A DNA stretch of 64,000 bases. Source: Psilocybe cubensis (lineage: Eukaryota). Each line of letters begins with the position of its first letter. Within the stretch, counting starts at the first letter, position 1. The stretch lies in contig CM039004.1 in assembly GCA_017499595.2 (NCBI GenBank), forward strand, positions 558,001 to 622,000, read 5' to 3'. Below are positions 28,721 to 40,975 of this stretch, one piece after another. Position numbers and translations under genes: made by a program. Below the pieces are notes generated by a model. The model searched no databases. It saw only the letters and a list, made by a program, of their open reading frames with translations, and was not told the DNA's origin.

Positions 28721-30658
28721 TCACCGATCGCCCACAAAGTAGATCACAGTATAGATGATGCTGACACCCATAACGAGCATCAGCCCAAACACCGCCGCGA
28801 CGTACATCATGATCTCCTTCGACGACATCTCCCTGTTCTCGAGCTTGTCGACATATGCGTTGCTCGGTGAGACGCCGTTGCGGATGTCTTCTGCACGCTT
28901 CTTCTTCACAAGCTGTGCTTCGAGGGCCTGCTCGCGCATGATGAGGGCAGTACGTGCGTCGGTGGGCTCGAGGCTCTGCTTGCCGGTCTCGGGGCTGAAG
29001 TGTACGAAGGAGGGATAGTTGTGTTCGCACCACGTCTCAATCTGCAGAAAGAATTGGTTCGATGAGATGGCCTAAAAGAATGCCCTAGACACAGGAGACA
29101 ACATACCTTGCAGCATGCAATGGAAATTTTGATAAAGTTGGGGTCGGAAGGGACAGCCTTGGCATGAATCTTGCGCGCAAACTCGCGGAAGATGAGGCCG
29201 ACTTCTCTAGGATTCGTTGAACGCATGATAAGCTACATTCGGAAGTGAGTTTATAGAAAGATGAACAAACAACCTGCTAAACGTACCTTGGCAGCTTCAG
29301 CCTTACGAATCTTGATATTCCGCTGGAACATCTCCTTGTTCATGAAACACAGCTCAAGGGTCGCAATAGCCATTGTCGCGGGGATCGCACAGAAATTGAA
29401 CACACTCTGGTTCTTCAACAGACGGAGGTAATCCAGTGCGTCCGTCGTATGCCTCAGTGCATCCAGAACCATACCGCTCTGCGCCCACATTGCCCGCTTC
29501 ACCGTGTCCGGGTCCGTCGCAGACATTTGGTGCATCTCCGTGAACCCGTACTCCTTTCGTCCCCAAATTTCCCGTGGCCAGAAGTACCGCTGCTCGTCAC
29601 AGTCTTCCCGGTAGTCACGAATGATGTTGGTTTTCTGCAAAAGCAAGCCCATCGAGTTGCTGAGCTCAAGCTGGTCGCCAAGGAAAGCACCCTCCTTCCC
29701 GGACGCAGAGAAAATCCGTGAGAGGCCTTCACCGACAAGACCAGCAACGTAGTGGCAATACAGGTCATATTCAGCGACAGTTTCCAAGTAAATGGAACCT
29801 GTCGTCGCAGCTTTATGGGCGTAATCCGCCATTCCAGTCTCCATCTTCAGTGCAATATCGATAATTATGCTTTTATAGCTGCAAAAGGAGTCAGTAATCG
29901 ATCGGGCGGTGAGCTGTTGTAGAGATAGTACATACTCGGGGTTGAGGCGGTTCACCTCCTCGACAACTGTGTCGTATTCGACCAGTAGCTGTCTGTCTTT
30001 TTCGTTGGGGCCTGAGCCTTCGAATTTCCATCCAGGAGTTACAGTGTGTACGTGGAATGCCCTCAGGAGAGGTTGTTTAACATCATCAGGGATCGTCATG
30101 TCATCTTCAATCGTGTCGAGACCGCGAAGAACGAGATAGAATAAAGCTATCTGTTGCGAAAGTATTGTAAGTAATGGTAAATGAATTTGAGTCTCAAAAA
30201 GGTAAAAGCTCCCCGAACACGAAGCCTCGTAATTTCCCAAAAAAAGGCTTGCGTGTACCCTATTCCGTCTTCTGAATTTGGTTTTTCAGCTAACGCAATA
30301 GTGGCTCGATGGCCCGAGGAATCGCCACACATCATACATCCTTCGTGTATAAAAGGCGCTAGAAAAGCTTGTATCCTTCTCTACCTCCCGCGAAGAGGAG
30401 AAAAAGTCTAAGAGACGCGTCACTCACCGTTCTCGCCAGATCTCCCTCCAGCTCTTTGATTACAGCGGCAAAACTTCTGCTCGTCATGTCGAGGAACTCC
30501 CAGCATCTTCTCATGGAGTCCCTATCCCATCCCGACGTCGGGTGCTCCTTAATAGCAGCAATGTCACGCTTTTGCTCATGGTAGAGATAGAACTGGATGA
30601 GCGTCCTGAACTCCAGGGGGTGTGTAAGGAGAAGAGCAATCCAGTTCGCCGCGCCCAT
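28721..30658 (-). CDS. ERG9: Squalene synthase (farnesyl-diphosphate farnesyltransferase)
   Basis: TSRSFAAVI, FYLVLRGLDTIEDDM, YCHYVAGLVGEGL, MGLLLQKTNIIRDYRED, FCAIPATMAIATL; C-terminal TM anchor. Confidence 0.96.
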
Positions 30659-30864
30659 TGTGCTATGAGATAGTGGTGGAGGAAAGGGAAATGAGGTTAG
30701 TTAAAAAGCCCGCGAGCGTGTAAAGTGGAAACTTTATAAAATTCACTCGTACGATATTTTTTGTCACCCCACATTCGCTGGCGGGATTACTTAAAATAAA
30801 ACTTCCGCTTTTGGACATGAGAGAATGATCGGCTTACATACGTTCTTTCTTCCGGACGGCCACC

Positions 30865-31080
30865 ATGGATGCCCCTTTGTCGCCACCATTGCGCATTCAC
30901 CCCATATCAGAGACTCCTTTGACAACGAGGACGGCGCAGAAAACTACAGAGGCCTTTCTTCGCGACTTTCAAGCGCGCAGCACATCAGCCCAGGGTGGAA
31001 ACACAGCTGTAACCGTACAACTCCAAAAATTGGCAAATGCACTGAAGGAGGAGCGGAAGAAAAGCAAAAAGGATGCGTAA
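30865..31080 (+). CDS. 71-aa intronless protein, putative RNA polymerase I subunit A14 (Rpa14/Ker1)-like
   Basis: CACCATGG start context; PPLRIHP...LTTRTAQKTTEAFLRDFQAR...AVTVQLQKLANALK parallels the P-x-x-IH...FL..F / QLKRI pattern I recall for yeast A14; divergent from ERG9. Confidence 0.55.
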   Translation: MDAPLSPPLRIHPISETPLTTRTAQKTTEAFLRDFQARSTSAQGGNTAVTVQLQKLANALKEERKKSKKDA

Positions 31081-32173
31081 CTTTTTTCAAGGTAGGATAT
31101 ATCTAGGGCTCCCTTGTAAGTCTGATTTTCTCCCATTTATGTTGTTACTGATCAACTTCAACATGCTAGTGTACTACCAATCTTTAATCAATCATCCACT
31201 CACGGAAACGAATGATTCTCAAACCCAGTATATTTCTGGCGACATATCTGACTGATGTCAATTCTCGAAGATCAACTTGCGGTTTCATAACCGCTATCGA
31301 CTAGTTGAGGTGCCTTGTAATCAATCCCAAACCACGATGTATTCGACGACCTTAAAAGATGAAAGTCTGATGATTTCAATCATATTTGTTGCAAACTATG
31401 CGGCAGTCAGGAGGCTTCTACAAACGTTAAATTTGTACTCCTGGCATCTCCATGATCCTCCGTATCCTTCAAGAGCGTACCTGGAAACTTTGTTCTTTTC
31501 AAAACAGGCTTATTTTAGCACACCTAACAACCTTGGACGTTTGTTTCTCTGCTTTGGCTTGGGGAAAGTTCATTGGCGATATAGCGACCCTAGATGTACC
31601 AACTATGAGCAGCGTCCTATACATGCATTGCGCATGCTGCGCTCTCCATACTCCTGGAAGCTCGCGGTCCAGGTGTGCATACTTGTCACCAAGTTGAGTC
31701 GGCACATCAGCTGCTGCAAAGATATCTGTGTTGAGGAGATCAATACAAGCCAAACCCAAGGACGTCAAAACAATAACCACGACAACAATGGTTGCAAAAC
31801 TTTCAGTCTCTGTGCACGTACTGCGAACATATCAGCGCAGTGCACGATACTTCTTATGTCTAGGTGTCTTCCATGCCCCAGCTGTCGTTTGTGTCCATCT
31901 TTGTGTCGGGCTCCTCCTTTTATGTCCACATCTTGCTTAAGATGTTCTAAAAACTTGAATCTATCAAAACTGGACTGATGAAGGCAATACTGAAGTAACA
32001 TGCAACCCTACTATTCATCTCATATGCCGATTTATCACCGTCTCATCTACGTCGAACCCGTTATCGACGAGTATGTTTCCTGAAATAGTGGGTTTTGCTG
32101 TACATTTAAATAACCACCAAGGCCTTTCTCAAGGATGTCTTTTTCCCTCTTCTTGTTCGATCCCTAGAGGATC

Positions 32174-32953
32174 ATGGGCCATGCGAATCATCTGCAGACA
32201 CAGTGTCTGCTAACGGTCTCCTCTATTCTTTCCATCTCCATTCTCGTCGTCTCGATCCTCAACTTTAATACACGCTCTTTTATTTTGAATGCCATCGGCA
32301 CAAACCTAGCACTTGCCAATCAGGCCTTCGTCACACTGAAGCAAATACGCAGTGTCGATAAGCTACGGTATCAGGGATACAGGCCAGCGCCATCGCTCAT
32401 CACCATCGCCACCTCTGCACTCGTTTCAACAATATGGATCATCGCGCTCTACTGCTCCGTCCAACTGGCTGTCCAGGACCCCCAACCGTTTGCTGAGGTC
32501 ACCAACCCACCCAATCTTTCAACAATACAAGGGAGAGATGATACAGACGACACCCCACAGGGCATTTTCGTTTGGAGGAAGGATCGTCAAGTTGGGATTT
32601 CTTCGCTGATTGGCGCTGAGCTTCTCGTGATGGGAATGTACATCTGTTTAAGCTTTATACAACGGCGACGCGTCGTATCCGATTCCCTCTCAAAGCAAAT
32701 TGGAAATATGCGTAGTGAAACGGGTAAAGGGGGAAACGTTTTTGTGAGTGTATGGTTCTTGCTCCTTTCTAGCCTCACTTTCTGGGGCTGTGGAGAGTCT
32801 GTGGGTTATAGGCGTATACTCACCGTGTTTGCATATATTTTGTAGGACATCAAATTCCCAGCGGTTGAAAATGGTGATGCAGATTGCGTAAAGGAAGACT
32901 TGGACTACTGCGATGAGGAAAAGGGTGCAGTTCAGGAAGTCTCGAAAGAGTAA
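32174..32953 (+). CDS. Uncharacterised 4-TM membrane protein, distant member of the family at 44.1/50.9/52.7 kb
   Basis: Four hydrophobic segments; VSILNFNTRSFILNA and W..RQVG.S.L.G.E..M..YI....QRRRV align with the 50905 gene; one intron (~32744-32845), stop TAA 32951-32953. Confidence 0.75.
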
Positions 32954-33573
32954 GTTGCAAGCAGCACCTCAGGTTCGCTCACATGACTAATTGAAACCAG
33001 AAACAGTCGCTCCTTCTTGCGACCTGCAAGACGCACTATACAGCTCTTAACACCGGCCATATTGAAATCCCGTCCAGAGTCGTCTTGGGATTTTGTTACG
33101 CCTAAATAGACGACAGTTTGTTCTTCCTCTGATACCCGAACGTCCATGCGGTTTCGTCGCTGTTTCTCACAACGCTCTGCGATAAATAGTTGAAACTCGA
33201 CGCATTTGTTTAAAGAACTCTATAGTGTATCAATACAATTACCAAGTGGCTATAATCTAGTTCTAGGATAAATACCGCGTGTATAAGAAAGGGTACATGG
33301 GCCGTGTGGCTGATCGACCTGTCGAATCTATAGGTATAATTAAAACCATCAAAACAAAAAGCTGAAGCGTACTCTATGGATACATCAGTTAAATAGTAAA
33401 TCTACATCTTTCAGAGAATTATCAGTCGCCGATACGCGCACAACATACACACACTGCACAGCCCGCCGGTTAGATCGCGTAAACCACATAGCGTGTACAC
33501 AATTGGTACACACGCGCACCGTGACCTCCCGCCAACCCCGACGTCGCAAATCCGGATTCTCCATTTTCTAAGG

Positions 33574-34339
33574 TTAGTCGATATTTCTGCCACTCATGAA
33601 GAGCACGGTGGCAAGCACACAGGCGTCCAAAAATCCATTGTTGAATGCTACGAGCGAGATGTTCAGGGAGACCTCTCCATCTGTGCGTGAGATGTGCGCA
33701 ATCTCCCCAGATATGGTCGCTGTCTCATCATCATCTCCGTAAAGCTGCATCAAAGCGAGAAAAAATCATTGAGCACATCACATCATATATACCATCAATA
33801 AGATCTGCGCGGACACGAGACCAAGATTGACACTTACGCAAATTCTGGTACCTCTTGGGATCCAGTAGTAATAACGGCCTTTGATCATTACGACTCGTTG
33901 GCTACAGAGATCATAAAAATGAACACAAGTCAACAAAAAACGGAGATCAATTTTTTTTCCACGAAAAAACTCACGTTCGATCTGGAGATAGGCTGATCCA
34001 GTGGGAGGTGGGTATACGACCTGTCTCGCCATATATCTGCATCATTGGGTGGCGCGTCCACTCGACAGTCGCGTATACGTCTCCATTTTTGCGTGATACT
34101 GTCGTCGTCGTCGTGCTCGACGAGACGTTGAAATATACGAGGGTGTTGGGGCCTGTGACGTTGCTGTTCAGAACACCCGTTTGGTGGCTGTTGAATGTGA
34201 ATTTCATCGTGCAGGGGTTGTCCGCCAGCGGAAGAGCGCCAAAGGTCAGTCCAGAGCTCCCTGTAGCAAGACGTTGCTCGTTAGATGCGTCAGACACGCC
34301 TGGTAAATCCCAAAATGCACCGAATGGATTGGTATACAT
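33574..34339 (-). CDS. Uncharacterised Agaricomycete protein (DUF6593-like)
   Basis: MYTNPFGAFW...FTFNSHQTGVLNSNVTGP...YATVEW...; 2 introns; last exon ends ...FLDACVLATVLFMSGRNID*; DUF assignment is from recalled pattern only. Confidence 0.7.
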
Positions 34340-36820
34340 TATCGTCGGTTAGGTATTAAAAATTAGGGGAAAGAAAGTCCAATGAAAGAGGATGATGATG
34401 CTGGGTGTACTTTTTTTCTTGCCTTATTATACTTTTACAATATCTACCTCACGGGGTCCATCCCTCGATGTCATCGACTTTCTCGTGGTGCGCGCTAAGT
34501 TGACACGTATCTATGACATTCTATGCCAAAGCTACTCCGTTCTTTGTCTATGATGATGATGATGATAGTGAAGCATGTACTCGACTCGGGAGGAGGCTCA
34601 TGCCATTTAGATAATACTGTCTGCACGCTCGACTTGGCATACACAACCTGTCATCAGGGGAGCCCTGCTAATGTTTCTTCCAAAATTAACAAAAGGATAG
34701 ACACGACTGCTCGCCAGTCATTGTTTCCACCTCGTTGTCAAATGTCTGTTTAGTAACTGTTGCCAGAAAACGTCGGTGTTATGGACGTTCAAGTCAAAAA
34801 ATTCAGAGCGCAGAGGTATTGACTCAGCTAGATTGACCTGTCGCATGCCGCTCGTACATATGACGTCGGAGATTTGAATTTGGACTTGAAGTCAAGGAAA
34901 AAGGCCTTCAGGGGAAATCCGCGATCATCAGAGAGATATTTCTAGTGCCCCTCACCGGCTTTTCCTGGAGGCGCTCGGATACGTCGGAAGACCATGACAT
35001 CGGGTCCGTTTACGGAACGATTATACACACATCAATGGTATATTCTTTGTAAATCCTGGTCGGTATCGGGCATGAGGGGTTCGTGGGAGGTCCACCACGT
35101 TCTGTCGTCCGACATATTCTGAAGAGATCTGGAAAAAAATGACGACTCGGCGCCAGCGGCAATATGACGAGAGGCTATGCTCGACCATTCCTCAAACGCG
35201 TAAATCACAATGACAATTTTTGTTAAACTTACAAGTCTGCCCTTGTGATCTTGTGATCCGCCTTTTTGATCGAAGGCAGTGTTTGCATGTATGACTCCTA
35301 ACGTCTGGGCCTACACATTCCATGGGGATAATCCCATTAGCGCCCGGCATGGTCGAAAATCCTCGAAATTACGCAAAATATGCTTCCCCGGTTGGATTAC
35401 ATCTGAATGCATTACTCAATTCAGAGGCACCGAGATGGCATTGCCCTCAACAAGTTACCGGATATAGGAAGGTCGAGATTAGTTTGCTATCTATTACAGC
35501 CTTTTTCTTGGCCTTTATCAATCGGGATAATATTGCGGGGCCGTTGGAGAGGAAGGTTTTGTATTCTTCAACACTGATGCGTTCATCGAAATAATAATTG
35601 AAACAAGTTTATACAATCGATGTGCACGATCATCGGAATGAAGTGCCGCCAATCAAGCATACTATCAGGAAGCCTTGGGGCTAATAAAGTAGGCAAAAGC
35701 AATGCATTCTCATGCTGCAGATTTACCTTTCATGATTGTTCGGCGTGATGTTTTGGCAAGCATCTCCAAATCCTCCATTTATGAGCTACCACCAGTAACC
35801 AAACTCAACCGCCTTAACCATTTCTTCAAGCGCTACTCAGGCTTTCAATGCACTCGCATAAGTTACCCGCACCGATCGAGTGTATTTTTGGTTTTTGGGT
35901 GTGGCTCGTCGATCGGAAATCCAGTGGAAATCCCTGTACTCCACCGCCTGTCTGCGCAGAGTATGTCGCCGTCGTAGCTCAAATACCACTGCGTCGTGGC
36001 AGAGCCACATATCAGCCGGTGGGCGCTATCTAAATTTGGCCGTGCTGCTCACGATAAACACTTTGGTTTTTGAAACCTGAGGAAGAACAACTTGAATTGC
36101 AGATGTCTTTGAGCGCAGTTGTATGTGTATCTCAACTGACTTCGAAGGATACAATCGTTCATTTCAATCACGTCCCTGAACCTCTTTGAATACAACCTAT
36201 TTCTGAAAAAGGTCCCACCCCCTTACAACGTCGGCGGTATGTTATGAGTGAAAGTTATTTTTAGCGCTCATTCATGCATTCAAAAGTTCCCACTAGACCG
36301 ATTGTTCAGGCGTTCCTCGTCAATTTCTATATATTGCCTTTGAGACGGGAAGTTGAACATTAAAAAGGGACGTAAGCAAGCGATTCATATCCAGGCTTTA
36401 ATCAAGCATCTTCGTCTCCCCCTGCCCCCCATAAGAAAACCGTCACAAACAAATAAGTAGATGGATAAGCTCGAAACAAACTTTTACCACTGCGCTATCA
36501 CATACCATGTACATATATCTCTACACTTTTTTTGTTTTATGTTATTGCCTCTGAGGGGAGAGCCCCTCCCTTGGCCTTGTACTGCGATGCTACCTATGGG
36601 CTCCCGGAGCCCCTACTGCTCTCCTTCGCTCACACTTGCATCCTAGAGGGCCCTCTTGTCCCCTACTGGATCCAATCCGTCCTAGGGTTGCTTAGTGCAA
36701 GGCCTCCGGCATTGTAGTGGGTAGTTTTCCCTTCTTACTCTCTTCTCATTTTTTTCTTCTTCTCTTGCACCTCTCGGGCCCGGGCGTCTTTTGATGTTCG
36801 TGTCCGCATTAGATTTTACC

Positions 36821-38752
36821 GGGCACCAGGAAATCAGCGTGGTTAGCCCGCGTGCGACCTATTTTTGCGTGCCACGCATAAATGTCAATCAGTAAATTTG
36901 CGTGTCCTTCATATGACTTTGCGTGCAAAATGCTGGATGTCGCGTGCGCATGATATGTAAATGCGTGCAGCGTCGTTGAAGTACCGTGCTATTTGCGTGC
37001 AACACTTTGTATAAAATTCACATGAAGAATAGTGTATGTTATGCATCCAGTTGTACTGAATGATTCATTCTCATCCAGATAAAGCTACTTAATTTAGGGT
37101 CTAATAATGTTTTAGCGAGCCTTGATCCATTGTCTTAGCATAAGGGCTCAGCCTACAAAGCCGAGGCTAGATATTTCTGCCTTTAATTAACAGATCAGCT
37201 CAGGTTCAATCTGAAGCCGTTAGGAAAGGCTCAGCTCAGCATCTATGGATTAGGGGCGACATATGTTATTGGATGAAACTATCAATAGGGATACGGGTTT
37301 GGGAGAACATTTTAATACTTACATCTATGCAGGAAGCTAGAGGAAATGGGTAGTTGGAATGTTACTTTAATATATCCTGTTTGTGCTTCAAAACACCCAT
37401 TCCCATTACAATGTCTAATGTTCGCCTCTTAGAGGAACAGGATTTTATTCCCTTGTATCCTCCATTATTCACTGACTCCTTGCATTAGTAACCGACGGGG
37501 TTAGCCACAACAAACTGGAGCGTAAACTCGGGACCGTCGGGGGGAGCGACACCGTTCGTTGTACAAATCCAGGAGATTCAAACCAACAATTCCTATACAA
37601 TGATGCACTAACACGGTTTTTGTCGTGCTCGAACGACTAAGAGGACCCGGTGCTACGAGTGCTCCGCCGCGCGCACTTTGGTTTGCATTTTGCATAGCTT
37701 GTATACGGGATCCTTGTCACAGGGGCTTGATTTACTGTCGGATTTGGGGAAAGATTTTATTGTTGTCTTAACAAGCATCCTTCCCAGAGGGTAGGGTATT
37801 TGCATGGCACAATTTGTAATAGCATCTTTGAAACAGTGCCATCTTTAGTTTCACGTTTTAATTTCTTTAAGATCTTTGAAACATATATTTAATTGCGCAT
37901 CCATATACATTTTACAGAGAATGCTCCAAAACGCATTATCTTGTACTCGCGTGCACGGTAAAATACCTTGCGGGGCCGTCGCGTGCAGATCACCACTGTC
38001 TGCGTGTCGATTGCACGCATTTAGTTGGGTCGCGTGCCGTCGCGTGCCATCGCGTTTCATCGCGTGTACGTGGGAAAATGAGTTGCGTGCTGCTTGCGTA
38101 GCAAATGCGTTCAATAGAGTGCACCTAGCGTGCTGTGGTGTCACGCTGGTGGTTGTTCAACAATATAAATGCATGTCAAAAAAGCAAAATTGTCGTTTTT
38201 CTTTCAAGTTGACGAAGTGATCGGATATTACCGATCATAAGCGGCTGCCGTTTGCAATGCCGATGATCGTTTGCTGCCTCGGAGATTGATGCGAGGCACA
38301 TGCCGAGGTTCACAGCATACGAAGCCGTGCCTCGAATTCATTGTATATATGAATTTTGTAAGAATGATTCTTCGTTGAAGTTCTACTGGAACCAGACCCT
38401 CAAATACACAAAATTCCAATGTATTATAGACCCGTAAAGGCATTATTTAAATAAAACACAACATCAACCATGCAACCATCTGCATCCTGTTGAACTGTTT
38501 GATACCCGTGTGATAGCTAGGCATGAACTGGTATAGCACAAGAGGATACTGTCATTGGCACATACCAAATATACATAAATGAGCGCTGACGAGAACCATT
38601 ACATTACAACCTTACGTGTGACACAACTGTGACATTGCGTGCAGAACACATCAATATGCGTGCAGAACACAGTTGTTGCGCAAAAATGCGTGTCACGCAG
38701 GCACACGCAAAAACGCACGCACGCGAGCAGCCACGCTGATTTCTGTATGCCC
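36821..38752. mobile_element. Non-autonomous Mutator-like (MULE) DNA element nested in the LINE
   Basis: Perfect 9-bp TSD GATTTTACC (36812-36820 and 38753-38761); imperfect TIRs GGGCACCAGGAAATCAGCGTGG.. / GGGCATACAGAAATCAGCGTGG..; many GCGTG subterminal repeats; no transposase ORF. Confidence 0.8.
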
Positions 38753-39019
38753 GATTTTACCCCTCCTCTTCGATCAATATAAGTAGTATGTCTTCTTTGT
38801 AGTATCGTAGTCTTTTCGTCCTTGCAATATATCTTACGAGGGCTTTTGCTTGCATGATGTGTTTGTCGTGAGTTCTTCGATGCTGGTGGTTCTCTTTTGT
38901 ATTTCTTCCCACATTTCTTCTTTCTTCTCCCTGTCCGCAGCACATTGAAAATGAAGTGTTCGACCATCTCAGTTGCTCGTGTTCCCACTCTACATTCTCT
39001 GCACATTGGGAGGTGCTTG

Positions 39020-39852
39020 TCGAAGGTGTGATCGAATTTGCTCAGGATACTAGCAGTGTACCCGTGCTTTGCACGGAAAGTTGGGAGGAAATTTACCAGG
39101 TTATTTTCCCAGTGTTTTTGCGAGAAAAGACGGAAGGTAATTTATCATGTTATTTCCCCAGTGTTCGAGGGCAGGTGGTTTGCGAAAAAAAAAGGCGCGG
39201 ACTGTCCGCCAGACTGACCGGCGGACAGTCTGCCGGACTTATAGGCCTTATAGTGAGCGAGCGTGACTGGGTTAGTGACAGCCGTGCACACTGTGCTCGA
39301 CAGCGATCAGTGCCCCTCCAACACACTACCGCCCTCCGCCCCCGAGCTGGCCTAGAGGATGTTCACCATTGTTTTGGCTGTATGAAGTTTTGGTATTTAT
39401 ATTACAGATTTATTTCTATGGGAGTACATGTGAATGACTGCATTGGGGTAGGAAAAACGCGTCCCTGACGCGTCCGAATAAACTTGTTCGCAAGTTGAAG
39501 TTGAGCCATCCAATATCCAAAAAAGCCACAATGCACCGAAGAAATTCTCACGTGTTTGGGGCAGCAGTGGAATACGCTACGAGCAATGTGCGCACCGTGT
39601 AGCGCATCAGGGGGCGGGCTATGTCCAGGAAGACTTTCATGAGCTCGCGACGTGGCTCGGACGTCACATCATGGTCACAAACACACAAGATACACCTTGA
39701 GTCCGGCGGACAGTCCGCCAGACTGTCCGCGCAAAAAAAACTCGTGGACGAACCTTTCTGCAGTGTTCAGGCCCGATTACAGTGTATTTCAGTCTCGATT
39801 ACAACGTTTTCAGGCATATTTCGAACTTTTTGGGTGATCGAAAAAGCAATCA
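39020..39852. mobile_element. Second non-coding insertion splitting the LINE ORF2 (boundaries approximate)
   Basis: Separates two normally adjacent ORF2 motifs (GHIPLN.H and CxxC..H...C); contains self-complementary GGCGGACAGTC/GACTGTCCGCC repeat blocks at ~39195-39240 and ~39700-39732. Confidence 0.55.
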
Positions 39853-40204
39853 TGTTGCTTTGATGATATTGATGGGAATTTAGCGGTATGTGGCCGGTGC
39901 GCGAAGTTGGATGCGCACGCCGCTCGCTTGTGCCCTATCGAGTTTGTGCGCCGTATTCCTGAACTTTGTGAATGTCAATTCTCTGTCTATTTTTTTCTCC
40001 TCGAATACTTTCTTTCTTCTGGAATCTATACACTACGTAAGGTAAAAGAACCAATTAAGAAACGATATGTTTCTTAATCACGGACAGTATATATACAGCA
40101 GAAACGGTAGTATAGTAAGGCAGCAGGCTTACACACTGCGCCAAATTTACCCCAGCTTAGAACCCCATCTTCTGATAGGACCCTGGCACCAATGGCTGCA
40201 TGAT

Positions 40205-40975
40205 ATAAAAAGATGTGTTTCTACTGATTAGATATGTGCTGTGCTGTTCTCTAGGTTTACTCCTCCCCGAATCATTTGTGTTTTTTTTTTCTTACCATTT
40301 TACAACAACAAACCACCCATTGTCTCTACGGAGACACACAATCAGAGCACGATGATGATGATGAGTTCGGTTAAATCACTTGAATCCAGCTTGAGCTTGA
40401 TTTCAGACAACCCAGTTTGAGCTCGCTCCTTCCACCGCATACAGGGGCATTGGAAGACGAAATTTGAAGCTTTGAAGGCCGAGTACATGGCAAAGTCCAA
40501 AGAAGTTTTTTGTCACGGTGCTGATTAGATATGTGCGCTTCTCGTCTTTCTTTCTTACCTTGTCACAACAACAAACCGCCCATTGTTTCTACGGAGACAC
40601 CCTTCATGATGATGATGATGCGCTCGGTGCATCACTCGATCCAGCTCGAGCTTGAACTTCAACGGCACAGTTGGCACTCGCTCCTCCACGACATCAAAGG
40701 CGAAGCTGCCCGCCTCTGAAATGTTGGTCGCCAGTAGGGCAGTTTTGAGCTGACATAGGACTAGACTTGATACTCTGCTTGTTCTTTACATAGATGCAGT
40801 GAAAGATGTGTTCTGTGCTGATTAAATATGCGATGTGTTCTCTGCTCCTGCTTTTCACATTTCTTTCCTTCTTTCTTACCTTCTCACCGCCCATTATCTC
40901 TACGGAGACACAGAATCAGAACATGATGTTGATGATGAGGAGCGTTGTTCATCACACGATCCAGCTTGCACGGTT
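40205..40975. repeat. Degenerate ~296-bp tandem triplication, with an inverted dispersed copy at ~46549-46770
   Basis: Unit CTGATTAGATATG..TTCTTACC..CCCATTGTCTCTACGGAGACAC..GATGATGATG..ATCAC..GATCCAGCT at ~40224, ~40521 and ~40817. Confidence 0.8.

Larger units (their letters stand above)
36527..40023 (-). mobile_element. Decayed, 5'-truncated Tad-like LINE (3' end of ORF2 + 3' UTR + A tail), split by two nested DNA elements
   Basis: Minus-strand pieces with frameshifts: IDRELTFTKF..KLDRAQAS..IQLR/RTGHIPLNSH (~39855-39995) and PMCREC..EMVEHFIF/QC..EEMWEEIQKRTTSIEEL/ALVRYIARTKRL (~38770-39010); T tract at 36527; near-perfect 10-bp flanking repeat ATCTCTACAC (36517-36526) / ATCTATACAC (40024-40033). 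Confidence 0.8.

Noticed and set aside
31277-31978. 233-aa ORF
   Set aside because: Non-ATG start, no recognisable domain, composition not protein-like; probably chance or decayed sequence.
37338-37432. TAGAGG..AATGGG..CCCATT..CCTCT possible tiny hAT-type MITE inside the MULE
   Set aside because: Termini are too degenerate and no TSD could be identified.
40340-40830. Possible C/D-box snoRNA cluster (TGATGA ... CTGA)
   Set aside because: TGATGA comes from a GAT microsatellite; no terminal stems or recognisable rRNA guides.
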